The notes under the pieces were generated by a model, which saw only the letters and a program-made list of their open reading frames with translations, made no database searches and had not been told where the DNA came from. Shown here piece after piece: positions 25,062 through 33,252 of a DNA stretch of 33,252 nt (within the stretch, counting starts at the first letter, position 1; every line of letters begins with the position of its first letter). Source of the stretch: a virus (taxonomy: Duplodnaviria; Caudoviricetes); the IMG/VR virus record IMGVR_UViG_3300038318_000296, positions 1 through 33,252 of that record, one strand, 5' to 3'. Made by a program: the position numbers and the translations under genes.

Positions 25062-25487
25062 ATGAGTGATTTTGAGGTTGAAATCAAAATACAAGATAAT
25101 AGTGGGCAAGTATTGAGTGAACTGGATAAAAGTATTGAGAGAGCAATGTTTTATGCGGGAAACGAAGTTGTAAATTCAACAACAGACTATATGGGGCAAG
25201 TAGACTTTACAGGGCGAGATATAGTAGACACGGGGCGATTGAGGGCAAGTTTGTCTTATATCACGCAAGAGCAAAGCGGAGGCAATCAAGCACAAAAATC
25301 GGGCGATAATATAAATGGTGTTGCTGATGATAATAGTGTTTTGTGGGGAAGTAATGTTGAATATGCTTCAAGTGTAAACAACGGAAGTCCAACGAACAAA
25401 GCGAGAAAGTTTATACAAAACGGATATTATAATGCAGAGGGCAAAATTAAAATAGGAATTGAAAAGATACTTAAAGGGGAACTGTAA
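25062..25487 (+). CDS. HK97 gp10-like neck/tail completion protein
   Basis: VDTGRLRAS and GSNVEYA motifs. Confidence 0.8.
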   Translation: MSDFEVEIKIQDNSGQVLSELDKSIERAMFYAGNEVVNSTTDYMGQVDFTGRDIVDTGRLRASLSYITQEQSGGNQAQKSGDNINGVADDNSVLWGSNVEYASSVNNGSPTNKARKFIQNGYYNAEGKIKIGIEKILKGEL

Positions 25488-25828
25488 TGTTAAGCGATTA
25501 TTTTATAAAATGCTATAAAGTTACTACTACCACACAAAGCGATGGAACTGGCGGATATAAAACAACTTATGAAGTCGGTAGTGACTTTTTAGGGTTGCCA
25601 AGCGAAAAAAGCGTTAACGAGCAGTTAATAGGGGCAATAAAGGGCGAGTTTGCCAAGCAATATAACTTTTCAACAGCAAGCGTGTTAAAATATGACGATA
25701 TAGTATGTTTTAATGATGTTAATAGCGAAAAAGTATATTTGCGAATAACTAAAACACCGCAAGAAAATCCTGCTTTAAGTTTACAAACCGATTGGTTTCT
25801 CTATTCGGCAGAAGAAATCAATATTTAG
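25487..25828 (+). CDS. Head closure protein
   Basis: SDGTGGY..T motif; size and position. Confidence 0.7.
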   Translation: MLSDYFIKCYKVTTTTQSDGTGGYKTTYEVGSDFLGLPSEKSVNEQLIGAIKGEFAKQYNFSTASVLKYDDIVCFNDVNSEKVYLRITKTPQENPALSLQTDWFLYSAEEINI

Positions 25829-25837
25829 GAGTTAACA

Positions 25838-26218
25838 ATGACAGAGAAATATGCAAAGATTTTATATAATTGGCTTTCACAATTTGCGACTACAATTAGA
25901 GGTGTTTTGCCAGCGAACGCAACTGAGCCTAGCGGAGTATTTTTAACTTATGATGTGGTTGCAGGGAACTTTGGCGAAAACTTTATGCAAGCAGTTTCAA
26001 TTTATGAGATTGGCGCAACAAACTATGAAAATATTTGGGCGATTGTTGACGACATAGAAAACACAATTAGAGAGTGCGGAGTTATAATACGCAACAGCGA
26101 TATGAATATCACAATTTACAAAGGCAGTCCGTTTTACCAGGATATAGGTAGCGGGAATGATACAGCAAAAGCGGGTTATATTAACTTGCAAGTAAAAATA
26201 TATCAAAAAAATAATTAA
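25838..26218 (+). CDS. Tail terminator protein
   Basis: Directly before the tail tube gene; FLTY and KGSPF motifs. Confidence 0.65.
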   Translation: MTEKYAKILYNWLSQFATTIRGVLPANATEPSGVFLTYDVVAGNFGENFMQAVSIYEIGATNYENIWAIVDDIENTIRECGVIIRNSDMNITIYKGSPFYQDIGSGNDTAKAGYINLQVKIYQKNN

Positions 26219-26229
26219 GGAGAATAAAA

Positions 26230-27012
26230 ATGATAACAGGATTAAATGCAAATACACCAGTGAGATTGCAATTAAATGAAGGTATGTTCTTAAAATCAGC
26301 ATATACAGGTGTTAAAGAAACCGATGTTGCAAATATAGTTTCGGCAACTCGTGGCGGTGCTACAATTAGCATAGTGCCAACAATTAGACGACCAGTAGTT
26401 GATGGGGCAAGAGCAAACACGCTTGAACTTACAAGGATTGATGAGTATGTTGTTACTGCGTCAATGACCATTGTTGAGTTGACAACAACAACAACAAAAA
26501 TGGCAGTGGGAAGTGCTGATATTAGTAGCAATACCGTAACGCCAAGACACATAGTAAAAGCAAGCGATTTTACAACGCTTTATTGGGTTGGCGAATTAGC
26601 AGACGGCAAGAAAGTACAAATAAAATTTAGCAATGCTTATAACACTAACGGATTGAATTTTACAACTACCGAAAAAGGCGAAGGAACTTATGCTTTGAAT
26701 TTGGTAGCACATTATTCAGTTGATGACCTTGACACAGTTCCAGTAGAAATTAAATTTTTAGGGAATAGTGCAGTTGTAACATTTACAAAGACACCAACTG
26801 ATTTAACATTAGTTGTTAAAGACGCAGACGGACAAACAGTAGAGGCGGAAAATGACGGTACATACATTTTAACGATTGGCAGTTATACTTATACAGCAAG
26901 TGCAACGGATTATATAACCGAAACAGACACAGCATTAGTTATTGATAACGCAGACGCAGTTGTTGGCACAAAAGCAGTTACTATAACATTAGTTTTAGCG
27001 GGAGAACAATAA
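26230..27012 (+). CDS. Major tail tube protein with a C-terminal Ig-like extension
   Basis: ATRGG..I.PTIR..VDG tube motif; beta-rich C-terminal domain (GSYTYTASATDY). Confidence 0.8.
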   Translation: MITGLNANTPVRLQLNEGMFLKSAYTGVKETDVANIVSATRGGATISIVPTIRRPVVDGARANTLELTRIDEYVVTASMTIVELTTTTTKMAVGSADISSNTVTPRHIVKASDFTTLYWVGELADGKKVQIKFSNAYNTNGLNFTTTEKGEGTYALNLVAHYSVDDLDTVPVEIKFLGNSAVVTFTKTPTDLTLVVKDADGQTVEAENDGTYILTIGSYTYTASATDYITETDTALVIDNADAVVGTKAVTITLVLAGEQ

Positions 27013-27432
27013 ATGATTTTTAAGAGAAAACCTAAACAAAAAATATCAGTGCAAAAAAAAGCAACAGTCTTTGATTTGCCGATTGGCGACAGTCGGGTTA
27101 TTTTTCAAAACATAATCAGCGATGTTTATGCGATAACCGAAAGCGACACTTTTATTGAGTTGACAACAAAAGTTAAAGTACCAAAAGTTGAAACATACGC
27201 AGAGTTAAAAAATATTGTAAAGCAGTTTTCTTCAAAGAAAATTAAGGCATTATTGGAATTGGTTTTTAATGAAAAGTTTGACAATATTATAAATATTTTG
27301 TCAGCGATTTTTATGGAGAAGCCAGAAGAATACAAAAAGAAAACAATAGCACAGATTATTGAAGATTTGCGTAATCTACAACCTAACGAAAGAGATGGTT
27401 TTATCGGTTTTTTTACCCAAGCACACAAATAA
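27013..27432 (+). CDS. Tail assembly chaperone (gpG-like)
   Basis: Between tube and tape measure genes; ends in a slippery GGT TTT TTT. Confidence 0.75.
   Translation: MIFKRKPKQKISVQKKATVFDLPIGDSRVIFQNIISDVYAITESDTFIELTTKVKVPKVETYAELKNIVKQFSSKKIKALLELVFNEKFDNIINILSAIFMEKPEEYKKKTIAQIIEDLRNLQPNERDGFIGFFTQAHK
27408..27414 (+). other. -1 programmed ribosomal frameshift site
   Basis: T TTT TTT heptamer; the -1 frame is open from 27414 to the stop at 27689. Confidence 0.7.
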
Positions 27433-27689
27433 AGTGTGCGGAATTTATATATTTGCTAAACGGTTATAACGGTATTCCACAAAACTTTATGTTTTATTGC
27501 GTACAACACAAAAAACAAGAAATCAAGCGACAAGTTTTTGAAACTTATATTGCAAGTTGCATTGGCGGATTGGCGGGTGCAAAAAAGCAGTATAGTGAGA
27601 TTTTGGAAGAATTAAATCGTTATGAAACGGGAGAGAATTTTAGAACGGGCGAAGATATAAAAGAAGATTGGTTAAATAAATTTTGTTAA
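27414..27689 (+). CDS. Tail assembly chaperone frameshift extension (gpGT-like)
   Basis: No strong own start or RBS; in the -1 frame relative to the upstream gene. Confidence 0.7.
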   Translation, partial: YPSTQIKCAEFIYLLNGYNGIPQNFMFYCVQHKKQEIKRQVFETYIASCIGGLAGAKKQYSEILEELNRYETGENFRTGEDIKEDWLNKFC

Positions 27690-27702
27690 AAGGGGGTAGA
27701 TT

Positions 27703-28893
27703 ATGAATGTTTTTAATTTGTTTGCAAAACTAACGCTTGACGATAGTTCTTATAAAAAGAACATTGAAGAAGCAAAAGGCAAAAACGCAGAATTTGAAAC
27801 AAGCACGAAAAAAATGTCGCTTGGAGCAAAAATCGGTTGGGCGGCAGTAGGTGCAGCAGTAATTGGAATAATTGTTAAGATTAAAGACCTTACCCTTGAA
27901 ACAATAAATTATGCAGATAGTTTTGGTGATTTAGCAGCGAAATTAAGTATGTCAACTGATAGCGTGCAAGAATTTAACTATATTGCAGGGCAATTAGGCA
28001 CTAACCTTGACACATTGACAAACACAATGGCAGTTATGTATAACAAAGCGAAAGAGGGCGATGACGCTTTCGCAAAAATTGGTGTAAGTGTTAAAGACAC
28101 AAATGGCGAAATTAAATCAATGGATGCTTTATTTTATGAAACTGTTGGGGCAATGAACGCAATGGAAAGCGACAGCGAACGAACCGCGGCGATGTTAGAT
28201 GTTTTCGGGCGAAGTGCATTGCAAATTGGCGAAGTATTAAATACTGATGTTGATACATTAAAGGCAATGGGGAAAGAAGCACACGATTTAGGCATTGTTA
28301 TTAGCGAAGATTTGACACAAAAAGCAGGCGATTTTAACGATAAAATGGAAGAGTTCAAACTTCGTGGCAAAGGTATATTAGCAGAGATGTTATTGGGCGA
28401 GGGCGGTGCAGAACTAAACGCTAAGATTGATAGTTTTATGGATGATTTTATGGCAGGTTTTGAAAAGGTATTTCCTAGATTTGTAAACTTTGCAATTCAA
28501 TTATTGGCAAAAGTGATTGTTGCACTTGCGAAAGCGTTACCATCGGTTATTCCTACTTTTATTGATGCCCTTATGAATATAAACTGGCTTGAAGTTGGTT
28601 GGAATATTGCAAAGGCGATATTAGTAGGAATTTGGGAGATGTTAAAGCGTAGTTTAGGTGCATTAATTGGTTATGGATGGTTATGGGGTGGAGATACTCC
28701 AAGCACACCAACAACTGATACAAATTATTCTGCAAGCGATGTTGTTGGCGGGGTTGTTAGCGAAACAAAGACCTCAACAAAAGTAGACTTAAATATCAAT
28801 GTTAGTGGAGAAACGGCAATTAGTCAACAAAACGCAGAAACTATTGCAGAAACATTGTTGCCATATATTGACAAAGGATTAGGGAGAGTGTAA
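27703..28893 (+). CDS. Tape measure protein (short, 396 aa)
   Basis: LFAKLTLD start, helical Ala/Gly-rich body, hydrophobic segments; position. Confidence 0.85.
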   Translation: MNVFNLFAKLTLDDSSYKKNIEEAKGKNAEFETSTKKMSLGAKIGWAAVGAAVIGIIVKIKDLTLETINYADSFGDLAAKLSMSTDSVQEFNYIAGQLGTNLDTLTNTMAVMYNKAKEGDDAFAKIGVSVKDTNGEIKSMDALFYETVGAMNAMESDSERTAAMLDVFGRSALQIGEVLNTDVDTLKAMGKEAHDLGIVISEDLTQKAGDFNDKMEEFKLRGKGILAEMLLGEGGAELNAKIDSFMDDFMAGFEKVFPRFVNFAIQLLAKVIVALAKALPSVIPTFIDALMNINWLEVGWNIAKAILVGIWEMLKRSLGALIGYGWLWGGDTPSTPTTDTNYSASDVVGGVVSETKTSTKVDLNINVSGETAISQQNAETIAETLLPYIDKGLGRV

Positions 28894-28895
28894 AG

Positions 28896-29828
28896 ATGAT
28901 TAGAAAAATTAGATTATACGGACTAGACAACGGCAAAACGATTGATTTTAGCACATTTGATAAATACATTTTTACTGCTCCAACGGGTTTTGGATTTAAG
29001 GTTAATAACGAATATATGGATGTTGGTTATAAGCGGATTAGAATTAGTCAAACAAAGGAATATCAAAGCATTAGCGGAACGATTGAAGTTGTTGGCGAAA
29101 CAAGAGATGATTGGGAACGCAACTATAATGAATTGCGGGACTTTTGTGCCAAAAACAAAAAAACGGGAATTAAACTATTTTATTCGGCATTGCAAAATGT
29201 TGAAAGATATATAATTTGCGATATAAACGAAGTTGGAAAGACTGAAAAATCAAAGGCGTATTTGCCGATAAACTTTGTAATTGATACCAAAACAAATTGG
29301 TTGGAAGACAAAGAGATTGACACACAGTTAGTCAAGCAAGACCTTAACGAGAAAAGTATGGGATTTTATGAAACCGACCTTACGGGCGATTGGAAATATA
29401 GTTATGGATTTTTATATAACGCAGATCTAGACTATTATTCATATAAGTTTGAGGGCAATGCAGTCGGCGAAGCAGTATTAATAAACAATGGAGATGATAC
29501 AACACCGCTTTTAATTACTATTTTTGGCGAGTGTAATAATCCAACCGTATTATTATTAGATGTTAATGGAAACACATTACAATCCGCAAAAATAAACACA
29601 TTAGTTGATGAAAATCAAAGATTGATAATTAATAGCGACATAGACAATTTGGCGGTTAGATTGATAACAGCAACAGGAACGATAATTGACAAAACCGCTT
29701 ATGTTGATACCGACCGTACAACATATATTGAATTGCCAGTAGGGACTTACACATTGCGAGTGCTTGATGAAGGCGATACGCCCGTTAATGCAAAAGTCAA
29801 ATTTAGTTGGCAGTTTTTAGGAGCATAA
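28896..29828 (+). CDS. Distal tail (Dit)/baseplate protein
   Basis: Follows the TMP; PTGFG and INNGD..TP..ITI.G.C.NP motifs. Confidence 0.75.
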   Translation: MIRKIRLYGLDNGKTIDFSTFDKYIFTAPTGFGFKVNNEYMDVGYKRIRISQTKEYQSISGTIEVVGETRDDWERNYNELRDFCAKNKKTGIKLFYSALQNVERYIICDINEVGKTEKSKAYLPINFVIDTKTNWLEDKEIDTQLVKQDLNEKSMGFYETDLTGDWKYSYGFLYNADLDYYSYKFEGNAVGEAVLINNGDDTTPLLITIFGECNNPTVLLLDVNGNTLQSAKINTLVDENQRLIINSDIDNLAVRLITATGTIIDKTAYVDTDRTTYIELPVGTYTLRVLDEGDTPVNAKVKFSWQFLGA

Positions 29829-31910
29829 ATGAAACAACTTTTAATTCTTGATAGACAATTTAATGTTAAAAAGTTAGGGTTAGTCAAGACTTCTCCAACA
29901 ATTTTTGACACGATTAGCCCACAAAAAACAACGCTTGAATTGCTTAAAGATGAAAATGTTAATATTGGGAATATTATTTCAATAAAGCAATATGATAAAC
30001 AAGAATTTTTAGGGATAGTGCAAGATGTTGCGGTAAAAGACAAAACCGAATTATATGTATATCCGTTTATAAATGCTTTTAATTGTGAATGCACGATGGA
30101 AAGCATAAATGGTTATGTGTATGATTGGATTGTTGCAACAATGGAAGCGAACTTTGTTGATATTGCAGACAATTCACTTAAACTTAATTTAGAATTTAGA
30201 AATATGATGACTTTACAGCCATCACTTTCTTATATTTTTAGCGATGGAAATTTGTTTGAAGCATTAAAAAAGATATTTTACATTACGGGCGTGTACTTGG
30301 AATTTAGTTTGAAGTTTGTTAACGGCATTGCAGTTGCGATTTATTGCGACATTTACAACACAAATGATTATGGTATGATAACTATTAGATATGACAATCC
30401 ACTTTTAGGCGTTGAAAAACCTGTTATTGAAAACTCAATGAACTATGGCACAAACAAAATAATATTGAAACCCGAAGAGGGTGCAAGTGGTAGCACATAC
30501 GCTTTTTACTTGCTTGAAGATAATACAGTAACAACTGATGAAAGTGCGACTGGCAGATTAGTTCCTGTTAATCAAAAAATAGCGAGATATGCGGAAGGCA
30601 CATCATCTGGCGAATTACAACTTATAGCAGAAAAAGAATTGCTAGGCGAAGCATATGACCATAATATTTATTTTACGATTAAGCGAGATGATAGTTATAA
30701 GTTTGAACTTTACAGAAAAGTTAAATTTATAAGCGAAGACCGCACATATATTTCATATTGCAGTAAAATTGACAAAACACAAGACAATGTGCTTGGCATA
30801 ACACTTGGAGTTATTAGAAATAATTTAACCGCAAAAATAAAAGACCTGGAAGCACAAACAAGCAGTTTATCAAGTGCTTCGACAACAGGAAGTGGTGCAA
30901 TTATACCTGTATTGCAATGGGGCAATATAGGTGGCAGTATAAACAATCAAGCAGACTTAAAAAATGCGTTAGCAGGCAAGATACCAACGACTGAAAAAGG
31001 TGCAGTGAACGGCGTGGCAACACTTGGAGCGGACGGAAAATTATCGTCAACGCAAATGCCAGCAATTAGGGTTACAGATGTTTATGTGGTTTCTTCACAA
31101 GCAGAAATGTTAGCACTCGAAGCAGACGAGGGCGATGTTGCGAAACGAACTGATTTAGGCAAAAGTTTTATGTTAGGCAGTGGAAGTCCAACATTGTTTG
31201 AAAGTTGGATACCTGTTACAGACGATTTTGAACCGCTTGGAGCAGTTAGCGACCATAACGCAAGCGAAACGGCACATAGCACATTGTTAGCGGAAAAGGT
31301 AAATCCATTGTTATTTTACAAGACGTGCAATCTGGATATGAGTTATACTTGGGATAATGCAATAAATAAAGCGAATGTATTGCTTTATGCGACCGATCCA
31401 ACAAAATACAATGCAATGCTTAATCCGTGGAGTGGAGAAGTTGGCGGAGGTTCTTTAACATATTCATTGATTGGTTTTGAAGAAAGGCCAATTATGTCGG
31501 ATTATATTTATACATTAACCTTTAAAGGCAGTGATAATAGAGTTTTTTCTTTGTCATACGATACTGCAAGTGATACAATAACCGTGTTCGAAACGACAGA
31601 CGAAAACTTTACAGCCGAAGAGCAGACAAAATTAAGTGGTATTGAAGAGGGTGCAGAAGTTAATGTACAAAGCGACTGGAATCAAACTACAGACACTGCT
31701 GATGATTATATAAAAAACAAACCTACAATACCAGAAAGCGTTGTAGTAGTCGACAATCTAACAAGCACAAGCACAACAAGTGCATTATCCGCTAATCAAG
31801 GCAAGGTTCTTAATGATAAAATATCTATTTTAAATGAAATAGATTTAATATTAAACGGTGGTTATTTAACAGATGCAGAAGCAAATGATATAATAAATGG
31901 AAATTATTAG
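29829..31910 (+). CDS. Tail tip/hub protein fused to mosaic fibre modules
   Basis: Hub-like N-terminus; fibre motifs WGNIGGSINNQADL, NGVATLGADGK, KLSGIEEGAEVNVQSDW and VVDNLTSTSTTSALSANQG. Confidence 0.75.
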   Translation: MKQLLILDRQFNVKKLGLVKTSPTIFDTISPQKTTLELLKDENVNIGNIISIKQYDKQEFLGIVQDVAVKDKTELYVYPFINAFNCECTMESINGYVYDWIVATMEANFVDIADNSLKLNLEFRNMMTLQPSLSYIFSDGNLFEALKKIFYITGVYLEFSLKFVNGIAVAIYCDIYNTNDYGMITIRYDNPLLGVEKPVIENSMNYGTNKIILKPEEGASGSTYAFYLLEDNTVTTDESATGRLVPVNQKIARYAEGTSSGELQLIAEKELLGEAYDHNIYFTIKRDDSYKFELYRKVKFISEDRTYISYCSKIDKTQDNVLGITLGVIRNNLTAKIKDLEAQTSSLSSASTTGSGAIIPVLQWGNIGGSINNQADLKNALAGKIPTTEKGAVNGVATLGADGKLSSTQMPAIRVTDVYVVSSQAEMLALEADEGDVAKRTDLGKSFMLGSGSPTLFESWIPVTDDFEPLGAVSDHNASETAHSTLLAEKVNPLLFYKTCNLDMSYTWDNAINKANVLLYATDPTKYNAMLNPWSGEVGGGSLTYSLIGFEERPIMSDYIYTLTFKGSDNRVFSLSYDTASDTITVFETTDENFTAEEQTKLSGIEEGAEVNVQSDWNQTTDTADDYIKNKPTIPESVVVVDNLTSTSTTSALSANQGKVLNDKISILNEIDLILNGGYLTDAEANDIINGNY

Positions 31911-31918
31911 GAGAAAAT

Positions 31919-33252
31919 ATGGCGACAAAAAATGATTTATACACAAAACTAATATCAATGAAAAGTGGTATTGAAGATAAAGGCGGGACAGTAACTGTTT
32001 TAAACTTAAATCCTAGCCCTGATGAATTAATTGCGGGTATTGCTTCAATAGAAAATGTTAACAATCAAAACAAAACTATAACGCCGACAACAAGTCAACA
32101 GCAAATTAGTGCCGATGAAACTTATACTGGTTTGGGGGTAGTTACAATAAATGCAGTAACAAATGAAATTGATAGTGATATTATTGCTGATAATATAAAA
32201 AAAGATATTGAAATTTTGGGAGTAACAGGAATACTTGAAATCCTTGATGTAAGCGACACGACAGCAGTTGCAAGCGATGTTTTAGCAGACAAGGACTTTT
32301 ATTTAGCGAACGGAACGAAAGCAACGGGAACAATACCGACATATTCGGGCAGTACGGAGATAACCGAGAACGCGACTTTGGAAACGGAAGGCAAATATTT
32401 GGCGAGTGATATTGTGGTTAATGTTAGCGGGGGAACGCCACCGATTTCAACAGGCGGTTTGTTTACGGGTGCAACAATTCCGTTGACTTATAAAGACAAT
32501 ACGCACGATTATGAGAATACTTATGAGTATAAATCTGCTGGTTATGATATTACAATCAGCGGCTTAGAGGGCAGAGCGACGATTACAGGTAATGGAACAA
32601 AAAGTGTTTTAGTTGAGTTTGATATTACAAGTTCGACGAGTTCGTTGAAGAATTTTACAATCACATTAGCCGATGGAACAAATACTTATGAATATAAAGG
32701 CATGCACGCACATTATGGAACGACTGTAACGGGGATATTGACACTTGCATATACCAACATTCCAAGAACAGGAACAGGAACGATTGGCACTGAATACAAA
32801 TTTATTGAAACAACTGCGACAGATTTGCCATATTTCGCATCAAACACGACACTTTGGAATACAATTTATTCATACCAAGTGCTAAATACTTTGGTTGGAA
32901 ATGTTACGAGTATAGGTAATGATTTCCTAAGCAACTGTTATTCATTCAACCAACCGTTAACAATTCCAGACAATGTTACAAGTATAGGCAATTATTTCCT
33001 AAGCTACTGTTATTCATTCAACCAACTATTAGATATTAGCAATGTTACAAGTATAGGCAATTATTTCCTACAATACTGTTATTCATTCAACCAACCACTT
33101 GATATTAGTAATATTACGAGTATAGGTAATGATTTCCTAAGCAACTGTTATTCATTCAACCAACCGTTAACAATTCCAGACAATGTTACAAGTATAGGCA
33201 ATTATTTCCTAAGCTACTGTTATTCATTCAACCAACTATTAGATATTAACAA
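31919..33252 (+). CDS. LRR (BspA/FNQPL-type) tail-fibre/receptor-binding protein; continues to 435 (about 570 aa if circular)
   Basis: AGGAG RBS and ATG 31919; open to the window end; fibre motifs ADNIKKDIEILGVTG and DTTAVASDVL; LRRs from 32900. Confidence 0.85.
   Translation, partial: MATKNDLYTKLISMKSGIEDKGGTVTVLNLNPSPDELIAGIASIENVNNQNKTITPTTSQQQISADETYTGLGVVTINAVTNEIDSDIIADNIKKDIEILGVTGILEILDVSDTTAVASDVLADKDFYLANGTKATGTIPTYSGSTEITENATLETEGKYLASDIVVNVSGGTPPISTGGLFTGATIPLTYKDNTHDYENTYEYKSAGYDITISGLEGRATITGNGTKSVLVEFDITSSTSSLKNFTITLADGTNTYEYKGMHAHYGTTVTGILTLAYTNIPRTGTGTIGTEYKFIETTATDLPYFASNTTLWNTIYSYQVLNTLVGNVTSIGNDFLSNCYSFNQPLTIPDNVTSIGNYFLSYCYSFNQLLDISNVTSIGNYFLQYCYSFNQPLDISNITSIGNDFLSNCYSFNQPLTIPDNVTSIGNYFLSYCYSFNQLLDIN
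32900..33252. repeat. 69/72-bp coding tandem repeat (LRR units), continuing to about 250 across the origin
   Basis: Units start at 32900, 32972, 33041, 33110, 33182, then 55, 124 and a degenerate unit at 196. Confidence 0.9.
33197..33252. repeat. Terminal direct repeat (copy 2)
   Basis: Identical to 1-56. Confidence 0.9.

Noticed and set aside
32900-33252. CRISPR array
   Set aside because: Units are in-frame multiples of 3, the variable parts are homologous to each other rather than unique spacers, and there are no cas genes. It is a coding LRR repeat.
32900-33252. Diversity-generating retroelement TR/VR pair
   Set aside because: No reverse transcriptase or separate template repeat is visible, and the differences are not confined to adenines.
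1-33252. Stop-codon reassignment
   Set aside because: Core genes are intact in the standard code, and TGA and TAG end genes at sensible coupled junctions.
1-33252. tRNA or rRNA genes
   Set aside because: No cloverleaf or rRNA-like sequence was seen in the few intergenic gaps.

Overview
The window is an essentially complete, circularly permuted ~33.2 kb AT-rich siphovirus-type phage genome. Bases 1-56 are identical to 33197-33252, and all credible genes are on the + strand. The sigmaA-type promoters, strong Shine-Dalgarno sites, Spo0A domain and SPP1/PBSX-like head genes point to a Bacillota-type host using the standard genetic code. Gene order: end of a leucine-rich-repeat tail-fibre gene, baseplate/fibre and membrane genes (1-3.7 kb); recombination and replication (3.8-9.2 kb); a mosaic accessory region with paralogues, boundary repeats and deletion scars (9.3-16.9 kb); a small RHH regulator, terminases, a methyltransferase-glycosyltransferase fusion, portal, head and tail genes (17-33 kb). 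I recognise no integrase, CI-type repressor, ParA/ParB or endolysin. The most notable signals are: (1) a perfect chromosomal parS palindrome plus a phage-encoded Spo0A DNA-binding domain, suggesting use of host segregation/sporulation machinery; (2) a SAM-MTase-GT2 fusion inside the head module together with a Ser/Thr-rich capsid C-terminal extension, a candidate virion glycosylation system; (3) a switch-like structured RNA leader with complementary loops upstream of the replication initiator; (4) a tandem-repeat LRR receptor-binding protein; (5) a leaderless RHH gene heading the packaging operon. All product calls come from motif recognition by eye; no database searches were run.
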